Below, piece by piece: positions 26,341 to 38,000 of a stretch of DNA of 48,396 bases; the first letter of the stretch is position 1; every line of letters begins with the position of its first letter. The notes below the pieces were generated by a model. The model was given only the letters and a program-made list of their open reading frames with translations, had not been told where the DNA came from and did not search any database. Position numbers and translations under genes: made by a program. Origin of the DNA: Candidatus Hermodarchaeota archaeon (lineage in GTDB: Archaea; Asgardarchaeota; Thorarchaeia; Thorarchaeales; Thorarchaeaceae); contig JBHLLF010000022.1 of the NCBI GenBank assembly GCA_048885865.1, forward strand, positions 1-48,396, given 5' to 3'.

Positions 26341-27367
26341 TATCGTACCTGATGACAAAGAGTCCGAGGGTTCATTCGTTAGCCTTCGCAAAGTCTTGAT
26401 TTTTGCCTTCGCAGCGGTAGTTGTGTATCTCGCCATTATGTTCGTGTTCCAGTTCGAGCAGGTACTAGCGGCAATCACGGCTATAGATTGGTGGTGGGTT
26501 CTTCCTGTAATGATGGGATTGTCATTTCTGAATTATCTTCTGCGCTATATCAAGTGGCAGTATTATCTACGACGAATCGATGTCAACCTCTCTCACACGG
26601 ATAGTTTCAGCATCTTCCTCGCAGGTTTCACTTTGACAACCTCACCCGGCAAAATTGGCGAAGCAATAAAGGGATATTTCATCCATGACCTAGACGGAAC
26701 TCCAATTGCCAAAACAGTTCCAGTCGTTGTCTCTGAAAGGGTCACTGACCTACTAGCGATGGTATTACTTGCCATGATTGGATTTGTAATCGGGCTTTCA
26801 GGTGTCGATCAGCTGACAACTGTATTATTACTTGGAGGAGTCGTACTTGTAGGAGCTATATTTCTAGGGCAACCAAGGTTCTACAATATCTTCCTTAGAA
26901 AGATGACCTCATTTGGGCCGCTAAAGAGATTCAAGGACAGCGTATCACTTATTGAGGATACGATGGGTAAAACACTATCTCCACAGCCAATGGCCCTCAG
27001 CACAGCCGTCAGTATACCAGGCTGGTTCATGGAGTGTCTCGAACTTTGGCTTCTTCTTTCACTAATGACAGGAGCAGGCATCCCAAGTCTTGCACCAGAA
27101 TCCATTAGTCTGTTAATGATTGCGACTTTCATCCATTCGACTGCTTCAGTTATAGGAGCGCTCTCCTTCCTTCCAGGAGGGCTTGGGACATATGAAGTGT
27201 CAAGTGCGGCATTGATCATTGTCCTCTTGAGCACAACATATGCTGTAGCAGGAGCAGCGACTATCATTATTCGATTTGTTACTCTTTGGTTTAGTGTGAT
27301 TGTGGGATTCATTGCGCTGGGAGTCGTCACAAGACGACGCAAGATGCAGACAAAGAAAGAGGAGTAA
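26333..27367 (+). CDS. Lysylphosphatidylglycerol synthase TM / UPF0104 flippase-like protein
   Basis: LRYIKW, PGKIGE, ERVTD, PGGLGTYE, IRFVTLW. Confidence 0.88.
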   Translation: MSDIVPDDKESEGSFVSLRKVLIFAFAAVVVYLAIMFVFQFEQVLAAITAIDWWWVLPVMMGLSFLNYLLRYIKWQYYLRRIDVNLSHTDSFSIFLAGFTLTTSPGKIGEAIKGYFIHDLDGTPIAKTVPVVVSERVTDLLAMVLLAMIGFVIGLSGVDQLTTVLLLGGVVLVGAIFLGQPRFYNIFLRKMTSFGPLKRFKDSVSLIEDTMGKTLSPQPMALSTAVSIPGWFMECLELWLLLSLMTGAGIPSLAPESISLLMIATFIHSTASVIGALSFLPGGLGTYEVSSAALIIVLLSTTYAVAGAATIIIRFVTLWFSVIVGFIALGVVTRRRKMQTKKEE

Positions 27368-27390
27368 GAAAGGCAGTAGCCTTTCTCACT
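27363..27390. terminator. Hairpin between convergent genes
   Basis: AGAAAGGC-AGTA-GCCTTTCT perfect 8-bp stem, extended by AGT/ACT. Confidence 0.6.
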
Positions 27391-27397
27391 TGCCCAT

Positions 27398-30300
27398 CTA
27401 CAACTTGATTCCAAGACTATCAAGGAGTGCTTCTAGGTCAGCCTTGGAGAGGCTCTTTGCCTGTTCAATAATAATATCAATCTCATCGTCAGACATGCCC
27501 TTACGCTTCAATTTCAAGCGAAGCTCTTCAAGCTCCTCGGGCTTCTCCTCCAGGATCTCCTTGGCCTCAGAAGGAACAGGTTCAGCTTCAGCCAGAGCCT
27601 CCGCACGGCGTGCCTCCTCCTGCTCAATTACCTCACGAATGAATCCAGGTCGCTCACTAGCACGCATTCTGGCCAGGTCCTGTCTGAATGCCTCAAGCTC
27701 CATTTCTCCAAGTCCTGTGATTTCAGCCAGACGCTCCAAGAGGTCCTCAATCTCAGGAACAATTGCTTCAATGCTTGGACCCGGGACATCCTCTAGCTCC
27801 TTACTCAGTCCAGATGCCTTCAGTTCCTCATTGATGATCTCAAGGAGCAAATCCTCTCTGGCACGCACCTTTGGAGCGCCTGGAACTTTTCCTTTGGCCA
27901 GTGCAGCTATCATCTTATTCAGCTGTCGAATAATCCATGGGATGGCAAAGTGCTTGACGTATGCAACAATCCCAATTGCCACGAAGATAAAGAGGAAGCC
28001 TCCGCCCAATGCTAGGTTCTGGGCAAGAATCTGCTCATCTGAGAAGTCTGATTTCAGAGTGAAGGTTATTTGCTGGGAGAAGTACAAGTCCTTTGTGAAG
28101 GTGATAGTCACATTGATTGTACCGCCAGTGCGTACTACATATGGGAAGGTGTAAACACCATCAATTACGGGTGGCCTTCTGTCCTCTGGAAATGAGATTT
28201 CCGCGGGATCAAAACTAACCGTTGCAACGGCATCGCTGATACCTACGTCATGATCTAGGTCTCGAAGAAGTATTACTATGGAATCCTGAGCTCCTGGGAA
28301 TGTCAATATTGTTGTGTTTATTCCAAGTGTATCAATCATGGTGAGCACTGGACGAACGGTTAGGTCAAGGAACTGTGACGATATGCTGTAAATCGAGGTG
28401 GAGAATCCAATCTCAATTCGATAGCTTGTCATGATGAGATAGTCTGGCACACTCAACTCATAGCTCCCATTGTCCATCTGGAAGAGCTCCATTATCAGTC
28501 CACTTTCCCAATATGCCAATCCCTGAAGACCTTCAACTGTTTCGTTTGTTAGGTCATTGATCACATTGAATACGACAGAGCCAGTGTGATTGACAGGAAC
28601 GTCGTACGCCGTTGGGCCCTCAATATGTGCGGGAGTGGCAGTTATGAGAACTCTGACTGTGAGTGATGACAAGGAATAGTTCTGGAGACTGAAGCTTGCC
28701 ACTATGTCGTAGAGTCTAGGCGAAGTTGGAGTCAGAGTAATCTCAACAAGATAATATCCAGTACCTAGGTCAGTTACAGCCCCTGTCCCGCCTTCCCAAC
28801 TAACATCCACAAAGGCTCCCACAATTGGCTGGAGATTGTGTGTGTCATTGTAGTAGAAGGTGAATGTCACGACATCGTTATGGTATCCCTCACGCAGCAG
28901 TGTATTTACGGTCACTTCTGTAGGCACAGGTTGTATTGTTACAACTAGAGTCCTCGTGGCTGTTGCCATTCCAGTTTTGGAGCCTATGATTCTAAGGAAT
29001 ATTGTTTGTGCAGGCAAAGCGCTGGTATCAATTATCGCACTGTATGTGCCATTTGCATTCTCAGTAAGACTTCCTCTCAAACTACCAAGAACATATGTGA
29101 CATTAGCGCCAGTAACATATCCACCATAGTATGTATTATTGTACTCAACGAGAATCGAGAGCATTGCCCCTCGAACAACAAACAATGCTGCTGCACCGCT
29201 TGCTAGTGCAATATTCGTTGGAATTGGAACAATGTTGATGTCTACAATTGCATCAAGGAATGCATGATTCAAGGACGCCGCTGTAATAACCGCCTCATAC
29301 GGGCCCAAGGCAAATCCTGTAGCATCAATGTTTGCCAAGTAGAATCCAGGGGTGCCATTAGTTACAAGAGGATAGACAGTATTGTTCCACTCCATAGTAA
29401 TTGATGAGGCAACAACAGGAGAATTTGTGATAGTATCGTTAAGATATATGGTGAATACTTGAGTTGTGTTGACAATCACATCAAACACTGTTTGTTCGCT
29501 AAGAATCTGACCTGGTGCTTTTGATACTACGAGAGTAAGACTGGTCTGACGTGTCTGGTAGTATTGCCGTGATACAGATATTTGCAAATTATAAACGCCA
29601 AAGTTCTCGTTGGATGTGTCAAGCATTAGCGAATATGTACCATTTGCCAGATCGGTGAAGTAATAGATGGTGCTATTCCAAAGCAGAGTCACATTCGCTC
29701 CAGGGATCAGACTATAGTAGTAGCTCTCCCTAACATCAATGCGGATGTCATGAACTTCGCCCCAGAGTGCATAGACAGCTGTCTTATGAAGAACTAGTGC
29801 GAAGGTTGAGGCTCCGGGAGTAACCGATACAACGATGTTTGAATCTTGATAGAGTGATTTCTGGGCTGTGACCGTAAACGAGTAGTCCTGTGCTAGTAGC
29901 CCGGTCATGTTGAGTGTCAGGGTGTAGAGGCCACCGCCTTCCTCAACGAGCTGGTAGCTTGTTCCATATAGAGATGCCCAATCCGTTGTGATAACAGCAC
30001 CAGATAGAGGTACATCATGATCGAAGTCCATGAGGGTCAGTGTGACATTGATTGGAACACCTACTGCTGTCGAACCAGGTGGAGGTGCTTCTGCAACGAG
30101 GGATGTGATGATTGCTCGTATGCTTGCAGGTACGCCAGTAGCGAGCCTCGAGGAGTAGAATGGGACTCCTCCCTTGCTAGCTGAGATATCAAAATAGACA
30201 ATGCCTAAGCCGCCAAAGACAGTTGAATTGATGTAGATTCTATATGAGCCACTACCCAATTCCACGACTTGATATGCTGGAGCTGACCAATTTGTGCTCG

Positions 30301-33300
30301 CCAGTGTTATCACTGCATTCTCTATGCCATGACCAGACAGGAAGTCAATATAATCAAGCTCAATCGTAAAGTTGTCAGTGTAGGGCACTTCTTCTATCAA
30401 TGGAAATAGAATCTGTGTGGACCTTTCAGTTGTCGTGGCTATGGTGTTGGTGCTTCTAAGTGCATAGTATGGAGGAGCACCAGTTACATCGATCTCCAGT
30501 TGAATCGCCTCACCAACAACAAGGGCTGAAGGATTGAGAACGGTCGAATTGAAGCTAATCTCATAGTACGTGCCAAAGTCGTAAAAGGCGTACTCGCCAA
30601 TTGCGATAGGAGTTTCTGCCACTCCATGCGACAAGGTGATGTGCGACTTGGTAATAGGAATAATCATTCCAGTGATATAGTCTTCAAACTTGAACTGGAA
30701 TGTCACATTCTCGAGGAAAGGCGTATCACCCGGAGTCTGAATAATGAGAATCTGGGTTGTTCTCTCAATCACTCTAGAGGTAATATCATTATTCGCAGGA
30801 AGGTAGTACGGCGCTCCAGAATACGATACAGATACACTCAGGATATATGTTCCAAGATTCCCTAGAGCAGTGCTTTCTACTTCTATGAGATATTGCCCTA
30901 ATCCGAGGTATGTCACCCAGTAGTTTGTATTTAGCGCTAGTGTAAAGGTAGAGTTGCTGCAATCAACAATGACTGAGGCTCCACTGACACCTCTCCCTGT
31001 GCTGTCATCAATATAGGTGATTACAAAAGTGACATTCTCCAAATAGGGGACTGGGTCTGGACTCTCATATCCGAACTGCGTAGACCGCTTGAGCACTGAA
31101 AAGCCAAATGTATCAATTGCGCCTGCAAACGTTGGCTGAGTGGGATCAATACTAGCTACTATCGTATAGAGGCCATCTGTTCCGACGCCTGAAGTATTCA
31201 CTGTAACAAGATAGTGTCCGTTTCCTGCATAAACAACTGTATACCATCCAGCTAAAGATGCATTCAATGTAAGAGTTCCAGTCATTCCGACAGAAGATCC
31301 AGCCACCAAGTCAGTATAGGTGAATTCGATAGTTACATTATTGCCCCATTGGCCAGGAGCGAATGAAGAATGCGTCAACTGTGTGGCTCTTTGGATTACA
31401 GTGACAGTGTACGCCAATGTCACAGTAGTTGTGTAGTATGGTGATCCCACCCAGGTGACATTCAGGACAAGAACGTGACTCCCAATTCCGGCCAATGTTG
31501 AAGTATCAACTCGAAGAAGGAAAGACACATCTCCCGAATCATATGAATAGGAATAGCCCACAGTGCCATTGAGCAGAGATATCGACATTTGAGGAGAGTC
31601 ACCGATACGGGCAGTGGTTAGGAAATCAATGTAGCTGAACTCCAGGTCAGCAAGCTCACCATAGGGTGTGGAGGGCACTGGTATATAGTCGATGTAGGTG
31701 GGTCTCTGAAGCACGACTAAGGTAACAGTCATGGTCTGGTTTTCATAGAGAGGTGATACTCCCTTCGGCCACATGAACCCGATGCGGAATATGAATGAGC
31801 CAGTAGCGTCCAGTTGGGTGCTGTCCAACCTGAATTCATATATCCCTGTTCCAAGACCTGTTTCCGCCACAACAAAGTCACTCTGAGTAACGGGATGTCC
31901 TGCTGTTAGTGAATCAATTGTCAACAGGACATTGAGAGTGTTATTCGATATGTTCGTTGTATTCGTCACGTCATAGTAAACAACAGTGAAGCTGAATTCA
32001 TTCAGGAAATAGACCGCAGTAGGAGCTTGGTCCAAAAATATGTCTGTCGCAGTCCCGGTGAGACGCACGCGAGTGTTAAAGGATTGACCTGTGTATTTGG
32101 TTCCGGTCCATGAAACTGATATTGTCAGATTCTTCCATCCCACGCTACCCCATTGAGTGCTGGGAATGCTGATGTTGTAATGTCCATCACCCAATGAAGA
32201 GGCTACTAATGCAAACTGGACATTTCCAATCTCCGGCGATGTGATAGTAATCTGCACGTTTCCAGTGATGTTCGTGATACCAACCTGCAAGTCAGTGTCC
32301 TGGAAGAATACCAAGACCATAACCTGTTCATTGAATTGAGTCTGCTGGATTGGTTCGTCCAGAGTGAATAGTGTGCTGTGAGACCTGATGATTACAGATA
32401 TGATGAATGTCTGATTTCTCATCAGGTATCCGGAAAGGCTGACTGAAACTGGATAGTTGCCTGGAGCATCGCTATCCAAGGTATAGATTGTGATGTTGTA
32501 GAGACCAGGTGAAACTTCATCCACCTTATAGGTCCCAGCCCAAGTTGTGGTAATTGAATCATTCAGCCCCGTCAAAGGAACATCGTGATCCACATTCATC
32601 CACTCCACCGTGAAAGAGCTGGCTTCGCCAACAGGAATCTCAAGCACATTCTGGACATATGTGGCTCTAGTATTCAGCTCTCTTACGGTCACATAAATGA
32701 GATATCGCTGTGGAAGCACGAAATTGGCTTTCCCAGTGACTTCCACGACATATTCGCCCATGTCCACGAATGTTGTATTCAGCCAGACGAGGTAACTCCC
32801 GGGGGAGCCTGCGACGGGATTGACAGTGTAATAGCTTGTCCAATTGCAGTCTACACTTCCATAGTCAATTGGATTCCCTGTCGAATCCTCGAATCTAACT
32901 TGGAAGCTAGAGTTGTAATTCTTGGGCACTGAGATACCGGGTGATTCAGGGTCTTCAAGAACGAAGGTTGCATCATAGTTCAGGTTGATTGTCAGATAAT
33001 TGACTATGGAGTCAAAGTGCGGATGAGTCCATGCGATTTCTATGACCCAAATGCCATTCGATGGCAGGTCACCAGAATCAAGCGTTATAATGTACTCACC
33101 GTTTCCAGCATCTCCAAAAGTCTGTGGACCAGTTGTCCAGTTGCATGACATCTGCCCTCCTGGCACAGTCACTCCAAGTATATCGCTGTCATTGACACGT
33201 ATTCTAACGAGGAACAAATCGGGATAAGTCACATTCGTTATCCATGTAATCTGTGCATCAACAGGGTTAAGGAGCTCTGAGTTTGAAGCATGAACAACAT

Positions 33301-35062
33301 TGAATGCACGTCGGAAGAAGCCAGTCGCATTCCATGCTGTTGCGCCTATTGAGTTATCACAGAAGGCCTCAAGGATATAGCTTCCAGCGGTGGCGTTCAG
33401 CCCGAAGGTCAACATAGGAGTTTCGGCATATCCAGTAGTGTTCACTGTCGCCAGAGTCGTATACCAAATTGCCCCTGATGGAGAATAGACCGTGAGATTC
33501 ACGTCGACTCCAACAAAGCTTGGATCCAACTGGGCACCTAGCTTTGCAGAATCTCCAGCACGTAGGTCAAGGAATCTCGAGTTCGAGTGTGTGGATGGGT
33601 CGAACATTAAGACATCAGATATCATATTGGGTCCGGTGCTCTTGATCAACCAGTAGCCCCATCTATCTGGGTAGTTGAATGCAGAGATATTCGCAAACCA
33701 AGTCGGACCATGACCTTCATTCCAGTCTGTAATATTCTCTGATGTCAAAAGAGGCGACCCCACATAGTAGACGTCGCGTCCCTCTGGAAGTGTCATGTTG
33801 AAGAAGTACCTGTTATCATATCCTGTTGGAATATCAGCGTTGAACCAAGTGAGATAATCCACATCTGTGGCATTCTCAACTTCAAATACTTCTCCAAACG
33901 CAGAGGGATCTTGTGTATAGACAGTAGTTGTGGCTCCGCGAGCGTAGAGGTTGGTTTCAACATTGAAATCGACCTCAATTTTCCTGTCAGGACTAGGAGT
34001 TGCAGGGTTTGGAGTCCAGGTGAGGTTAATCATTATTGGGCCAGAGGTCCAAGTCGGAACAGGATTCTGCGTCAGATTGCCCAGCCCTGGAACAGTGCCG
34101 AGTCCAACTGCATAATCGTTCACATCCAGCCCGTTCACCTGCAAGTTTACATCCGATGGATCAGTCAAAGTTTCAAGGTACAATTCGAAGTTGTCTACTC
34201 TTGCCTCTGGGTCAAGATCGGGAATGTAATTGACGCCTTGTTGGCTGTAGAGACCCACTTCAATGTCCACTCCATCAGATAAATCAAAATCAGACAGGTC
34301 AGTGAGCTCGATGAGACCGCTGTCATACCATGTTTGTGCTTGGTCAACATCAGCAAAGGACTTCTGCCAGACTCTCTGTTGATAGTCATTGGTTTCAATG
34401 GATACATATACAGCCACGAATCCATCTGCGCCCCAAGCAGAATCTATCCAATAATCTAGACGGAAACCAGCCCACACAACGTCCCCACGATTGACAACCA
34501 TGTTCTGACGGATGTATCCTCTCTCGCCAGTACTTGGGTCTCCTGGAATCGTATATTCAATGCAGTCGTCCCCAGCACCATGACCGTTGGTTAACCAAGT
34601 TGGAAGAGGGGCGCCACCAGCTGAGCCACGAGTCCATGAAGTGTCACCATTCTCCATATCGGGGTCCTGTGTCCATGTACGGTTCTCAGTCAAGTCATAT
34701 ACGCTGACGAACAGCTCATGGCCTTCCCAATCATCACTCATAGGAACGTAAACGGAGGTATCAGTTGTGCCGGAACCCGGAGAATAGGTCATCTGGTTGG
34801 AGAGATGAGTGTCCGTACGATTGCCATATGCGACGGCAGGAATACCCGATGACAGCCCTTGCCATGTTACCATTCCTTGCTCAGACAGCACCATTGTTCT
34901 TTCATCAATGCCCAGTGGCCTCTGCATAGAATCGTCAAAGGAATTTGTACTTTGCAAGTTATCATCAAACATGTTGAGGTCGAAAGCTATTGGGCCTGAT
35001 GCTCCAAAGGCAAGTATGAATGCCAATGCTAGAACCAGGGTCAATCTTGTGGACGATTTCAT
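27398..35062 (-). CDS. Giant type I membrane protein (2554 aa) with Ig-like repeats and conserved helical cytoplasmic tail (paralog A)
   Basis: Signal peptide; N-terminal jelly-roll-like domain; many ~100-120-aa beta repeats with G.G.Y...l.T..L..G.Y motifs; TM LALGGGFLFIFVAIGIVAYV; ~185-aa tail; ATGA overlap with paralog B. Confidence 0.92.
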   Translation of the reverse strand: MKSSTRLTLVLALAFILAFGASGPIAFDLNMFDDNLQSTNSFDDSMQRPLGIDERTMVLSEQGMVTWQGLSSGIPAVAYGNRTDTHLSNQMTYSPGSGTTDTSVYVPMSDDWEGHELFVSVYDLTENRTWTQDPDMENGDTSWTRGSAGGAPLPTWLTNGHGAGDDCIEYTIPGDPSTGERGYIRQNMVVNRGDVVWAGFRLDYWIDSAWGADGFVAVYVSIETNDYQQRVWQKSFADVDQAQTWYDSGLIELTDLSDFDLSDGVDIEVGLYSQQGVNYIPDLDPEARVDNFELYLETLTDPSDVNLQVNGLDVNDYAVGLGTVPGLGNLTQNPVPTWTSGPIMINLTWTPNPATPSPDRKIEVDFNVETNLYARGATTTVYTQDPSAFGEVFEVENATDVDYLTWFNADIPTGYDNRYFFNMTLPEGRDVYYVGSPLLTSENITDWNEGHGPTWFANISAFNYPDRWGYWLIKSTGPNMISDVLMFDPSTHSNSRFLDLRAGDSAKLGAQLDPSFVGVDVNLTVYSPSGAIWYTTLATVNTTGYAETPMLTFGLNATAGSYILEAFCDNSIGATAWNATGFFRRAFNVVHASNSELLNPVDAQITWITNVTYPDLFLVRIRVNDSDILGVTVPGGQMSCNWTTGPQTFGDAGNGEYIITLDSGDLPSNGIWVIEIAWTHPHFDSIVNYLTINLNYDATFVLEDPESPGISVPKNYNSSFQVRFEDSTGNPIDYGSVDCNWTSYYTVNPVAGSPGSYLVWLNTTFVDMGEYVVEVTGKANFVLPQRYLIYVTVRELNTRATYVQNVLEIPVGEASSFTVEWMNVDHDVPLTGLNDSITTTWAGTYKVDEVSPGLYNITIYTLDSDAPGNYPVSVSLSGYLMRNQTFIISVIIRSHSTLFTLDEPIQQTQFNEQVMVLVFFQDTDLQVGITNITGNVQITITSPEIGNVQFALVASSLGDGHYNISIPSTQWGSVGWKNLTISVSWTGTKYTGQSFNTRVRLTGTATDIFLDQAPTAVYFLNEFSFTVVYYDVTNTTNISNNTLNVLLTIDSLTAGHPVTQSDFVVAETGLGTGIYEFRLDSTQLDATGSFIFRIGFMWPKGVSPLYENQTMTVTLVVLQRPTYIDYIPVPSTPYGELADLEFSYIDFLTTARIGDSPQMSISLLNGTVGYSYSYDSGDVSFLLRVDTSTLAGIGSHVLVLNVTWVGSPYYTTTVTLAYTVTVIQRATQLTHSSFAPGQWGNNVTIEFTYTDLVAGSSVGMTGTLTLNASLAGWYTVVYAGNGHYLVTVNTSGVGTDGLYTIVASIDPTQPTFAGAIDTFGFSVLKRSTQFGYESPDPVPYLENVTFVITYIDDSTGRGVSGASVIVDCSNSTFTLALNTNYWVTYLGLGQYLIEVESTALGNLGTYILSVSVSYSGAPYYLPANNDITSRVIERTTQILIIQTPGDTPFLENVTFQFKFEDYITGMIIPITKSHITLSHGVAETPIAIGEYAFYDFGTYYEISFNSTVLNPSALVVGEAIQLEIDVTGAPPYYALRSTNTIATTTERSTQILFPLIEEVPYTDNFTIELDYIDFLSGHGIENAVITLASTNWSAPAYQVVELGSGSYRIYINSTVFGGLGIVYFDISASKGGVPFYSSRLATGVPASIRAIITSLVAEAPPPGSTAVGVPINVTLTLMDFDHDVPLSGAVITTDWASLYGTSYQLVEEGGGLYTLTLNMTGLLAQDYSFTVTAQKSLYQDSNIVVSVTPGASTFALVLHKTAVYALWGEVHDIRIDVRESYYYSLIPGANVTLLWNSTIYYFTDLANGTYSLMLDTSNENFGVYNLQISVSRQYYQTRQTSLTLVVSKAPGQILSEQTVFDVIVNTTQVFTIYLNDTITNSPVVASSITMEWNNTVYPLVTNGTPGFYLANIDATGFALGPYEAVITAASLNHAFLDAIVDINIVPIPTNIALASGAAALFVVRGAMLSILVEYNNTYYGGYVTGANVTYVLGSLRGSLTENANGTYSAIIDTSALPAQTIFLRIIGSKTGMATATRTLVVTIQPVPTEVTVNTLLREGYHNDVVTFTFYYNDTHNLQPIVGAFVDVSWEGGTGAVTDLGTGYYLVEITLTPTSPRLYDIVASFSLQNYSLSSLTVRVLITATPAHIEGPTAYDVPVNHTGSVVFNVINDLTNETVEGLQGLAYWESGLIMELFQMDNGSYELSVPDYLIMTSYRIEIGFSTSIYSISSQFLDLTVRPVLTMIDTLGINTTILTFPGAQDSIVILLRDLDHDVGISDAVATVSFDPAEISFPEDRRPPVIDGVYTFPYVVRTGGTINVTITFTKDLYFSQQITFTLKSDFSDEQILAQNLALGGGFLFIFVAIGIVAYVKHFAIPWIIRQLNKMIAALAKGKVPGAPKVRAREDLLLEIINEELKASGLSKELEDVPGPSIEAIVPEIEDLLERLAEITGLGEMELEAFRQDLARMRASERPGFIREVIEQEEARRAEALAEAEPVPSEAKEILEEKPEELEELRLKLKRKGMSDDEIDIIIEQAKSLSKADLEALLDSLGIKL

Positions 35063-38000
35063 TCCTTCAGACCTCCTATTTGATCAAGTAGTGCATCTAT
35101 TTCCGCCTTAGTCAGCGACCTCGCCTGCTCTACCATGAGGTCTGCCTCAGATGGTTCGATTCCCATCTTGATGAGCTCCTGCTTCAAATGCTCAAGCTCA
35201 TCCTCCGTGAGCATGCGTTCAGCCTCTGAAACCGCCTCAGGTGCCTCGGCTGACACCTCAACCTCCGCTAGTTCCCGAGCTCTCCTTGATCTCTCCTGTC
35301 GAATGACCTCTCCAATGAATCCTGCGCGCTCACTGGGTCGCATCTTTTCGAGGTCACTCCTCAGAACGGCGATGTCGTCATGGGTGAGGCCAACGACGAC
35401 CTGCAGTTCTTCTAGTAGCTGTTCAACATCAAGGGCCTCAACCTCAACTGTGGACACCGCAACATCCTGCATCGTCTTCCTGATGCCAACTGGCTCCAAT
35501 TCGTCATTCATCACGCGAAGGAGGTATGTTCTTCTATCACTGACTTTCGCAGCGGGCGGGATTTGTCCTTTGCCAAGCATTGAAACCATACGTCTAATGA
35601 TTCTGAGAAGCTTCGGAACAGACCAGACTCTCACATATGCAGCCGCCAGACCTGCAACCAAAATCAACAAGAAGCCTGCATAGCTGAAGGTCTGAAACAT
35701 AGCCTGGGTTTCAGGAGAGAACACTGAGTAGATATCCAAAGTTAAGACACCCCTCCGGTAGTCCTCTTTGTCAAGTGTGATGACTAACTCATAGTAACGA
35801 ACAGCACTTGGAATGAAAGCAAATACATACGTACCATTTGGATGAACCATGGCAAGACTGGCTTCATTTTCTAGGGGAGTAGTTGTATTGATTGCGTCGA
35901 TGATTGGAACACCATGGTCGACATCCATGTAGGTGATGCGGACATAGAATGGTTCTCCGACATAGGTGCTTGGAAGCAGAGGTTCAAATATCATTGAGGT
36001 CGCAATCTCGCGAATCGTGAGATCAAAATTCAGCTGCTGTGTTGAGTAGTTAGCTTTGCTGAATAGAATCCTAAGTGCATAGGGTTCGCTTCTCACTTCC
36101 AGCCTGCTAAAGCCAGCCTCTGTGGGACCGAATCTATATGATCCATTACCCAATGCAAAGAGTGGAGCAGAACCAAACTCCCAGAATGCTGTAACAGATG
36201 CATCCACAAGAAGCTCATTGTTTAGAGTATCATTAAACTGGAACATCTGAGTGAAGTCGTCACCAACTGGAACAGTGGCTGAATCAGACCCAATAACCTC
36301 AGTGGAGATTGGCATTGCTACAAACTTAACAACGCTATAGGCATAGTCATAGAGATTCTTCTGGAAGATCACTGAGATATCATGCGCGATGAGACCAGCT
36401 GTAACCCAGGTAGTATTGATGGTTAAAGAGTAGACTCCACCACCGACCTCCACAAGTGTGCCACCCCTGCCTTCCAGCACATATGTCGCCAGTGCACCTG
36501 CTATTCCAATATTGTTGAAGGTGTCATTGAAGCTCAATAGGAACGTTAAGTTGGTCCCGTAGTATCCATTCTGTAGCACATCGCTTATTGGAAGGACTGC
36601 AGTTGGCACTTTGAGAATTGTTATGGTGAATTGGGTAGAGGCAGGAGTAAAGCCATCCTTTAGGCTTGATACAGTAAGAATCCAGTCGCCTATTTGTAGG
36701 GGTGCACCTGTTGGTACTTGAGCGGTGTAGTAGCCATTGCCCAACTCAGTTAGGTCACCTACAATCACATCTATTCCATATGTCAAAGCGGCACCAAGAA
36801 CTGGTCCAGTCAGATCAACATTCTCCAAGTAGACTGTAACATTCACGAAATCTCCAGAAACTGCTGACAACACAGTTACGCCTTGATACGCAGATAGAGC
36901 AGTGGTAATCTCAGTTATCTCAATAGTTATGGGTGTACTTACACTCTTGTAGATTGAGGAGCTTGCTTGGATGAGTATCTGATGGTTACCTACAGCTGCG
37001 TTTGCTACAATCATTTGACCGATGTACTTCTGCTGCGCAGGCACCCAAGTGAGAACACCAGTACCTCCAATCCAGCTATATTTGACCAATCCAATCTCTA
37101 TAGCCGTGCTGTTTGAAAATATTAAGTAATCAGCTTCAATTGTCACTGTTTCTCCGTTAACTGCAACTTGGGGGTCTAGTGAAGCCAGAATCTTAGCTGG
37201 GACTTTATCAATGCGAATCTGAAAGTCTCTTTGTCTGGTTTCATAATTCAAAAGAGTCGATTCGACCCTGATTGTATATTCGCCACTAACAAGACCCATA
37301 GTTGAAACAGTAGCATTGTAAATACCACCGCCGATTTCTGCCATAGTGTATGTTCGCCCATAGAGGGTGAGATTTACAGTGGCTGCTAGGACTGGGGCAC
37401 CATTTCGGGCATCAGTGACATTAGCACTGAACTCAAGAACATCACCCCAAACAGGATCCGTCGGTGAGAATACTAGATCGATCTCAACAGGGATAGCTGC
37501 CAAGAGGATGTCCGCCGTGACTGACCTGCTAAGATGGAGGAACTTTGAAGCGTTAATGCTGAAAGTGTAGATTTGCGCATTGAGTCCTGATGTGTCAATC
37601 TCCATCCTGTAGATGCCGTTTCCAAGCGGAGTGATTGTGTGGGTCGTTCCCCAGAGAGCTGTCCAATCGCTGACAACAGTGGCTCCATCAATGCCTTGAC
37701 CTTCGTTGATATCGGTGAAGGTGATATTTCCAACTACTAGGTCCCCAAGATAATATGTGACTCCTTGAGGTAGGACAAAATTCAGGCTTGTTGAAACCGG
37801 ATTGACTAGCACACTAAACTCCAATCCAATGACGTCCTTGTAGTATGGGGACCCAGACCATGTGATATCGGCACTAAAGAAGTAGCGACCTATCCCGGCT
37901 TCGAGATCGTTTGTATCGACGATTATTTTGTATCGCCCATCGCCCATGTCAACAATCCAACTTGAGAAGACAGAATCATTGACGCACGTGAAAGTCACCA

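Noticed and set aside
27300-28154. 284-aa plus-strand ORF (and similar 35135..35683)
   Set aside because: Ser-rich antisense reading of the Glu/Leu-rich receptor tails
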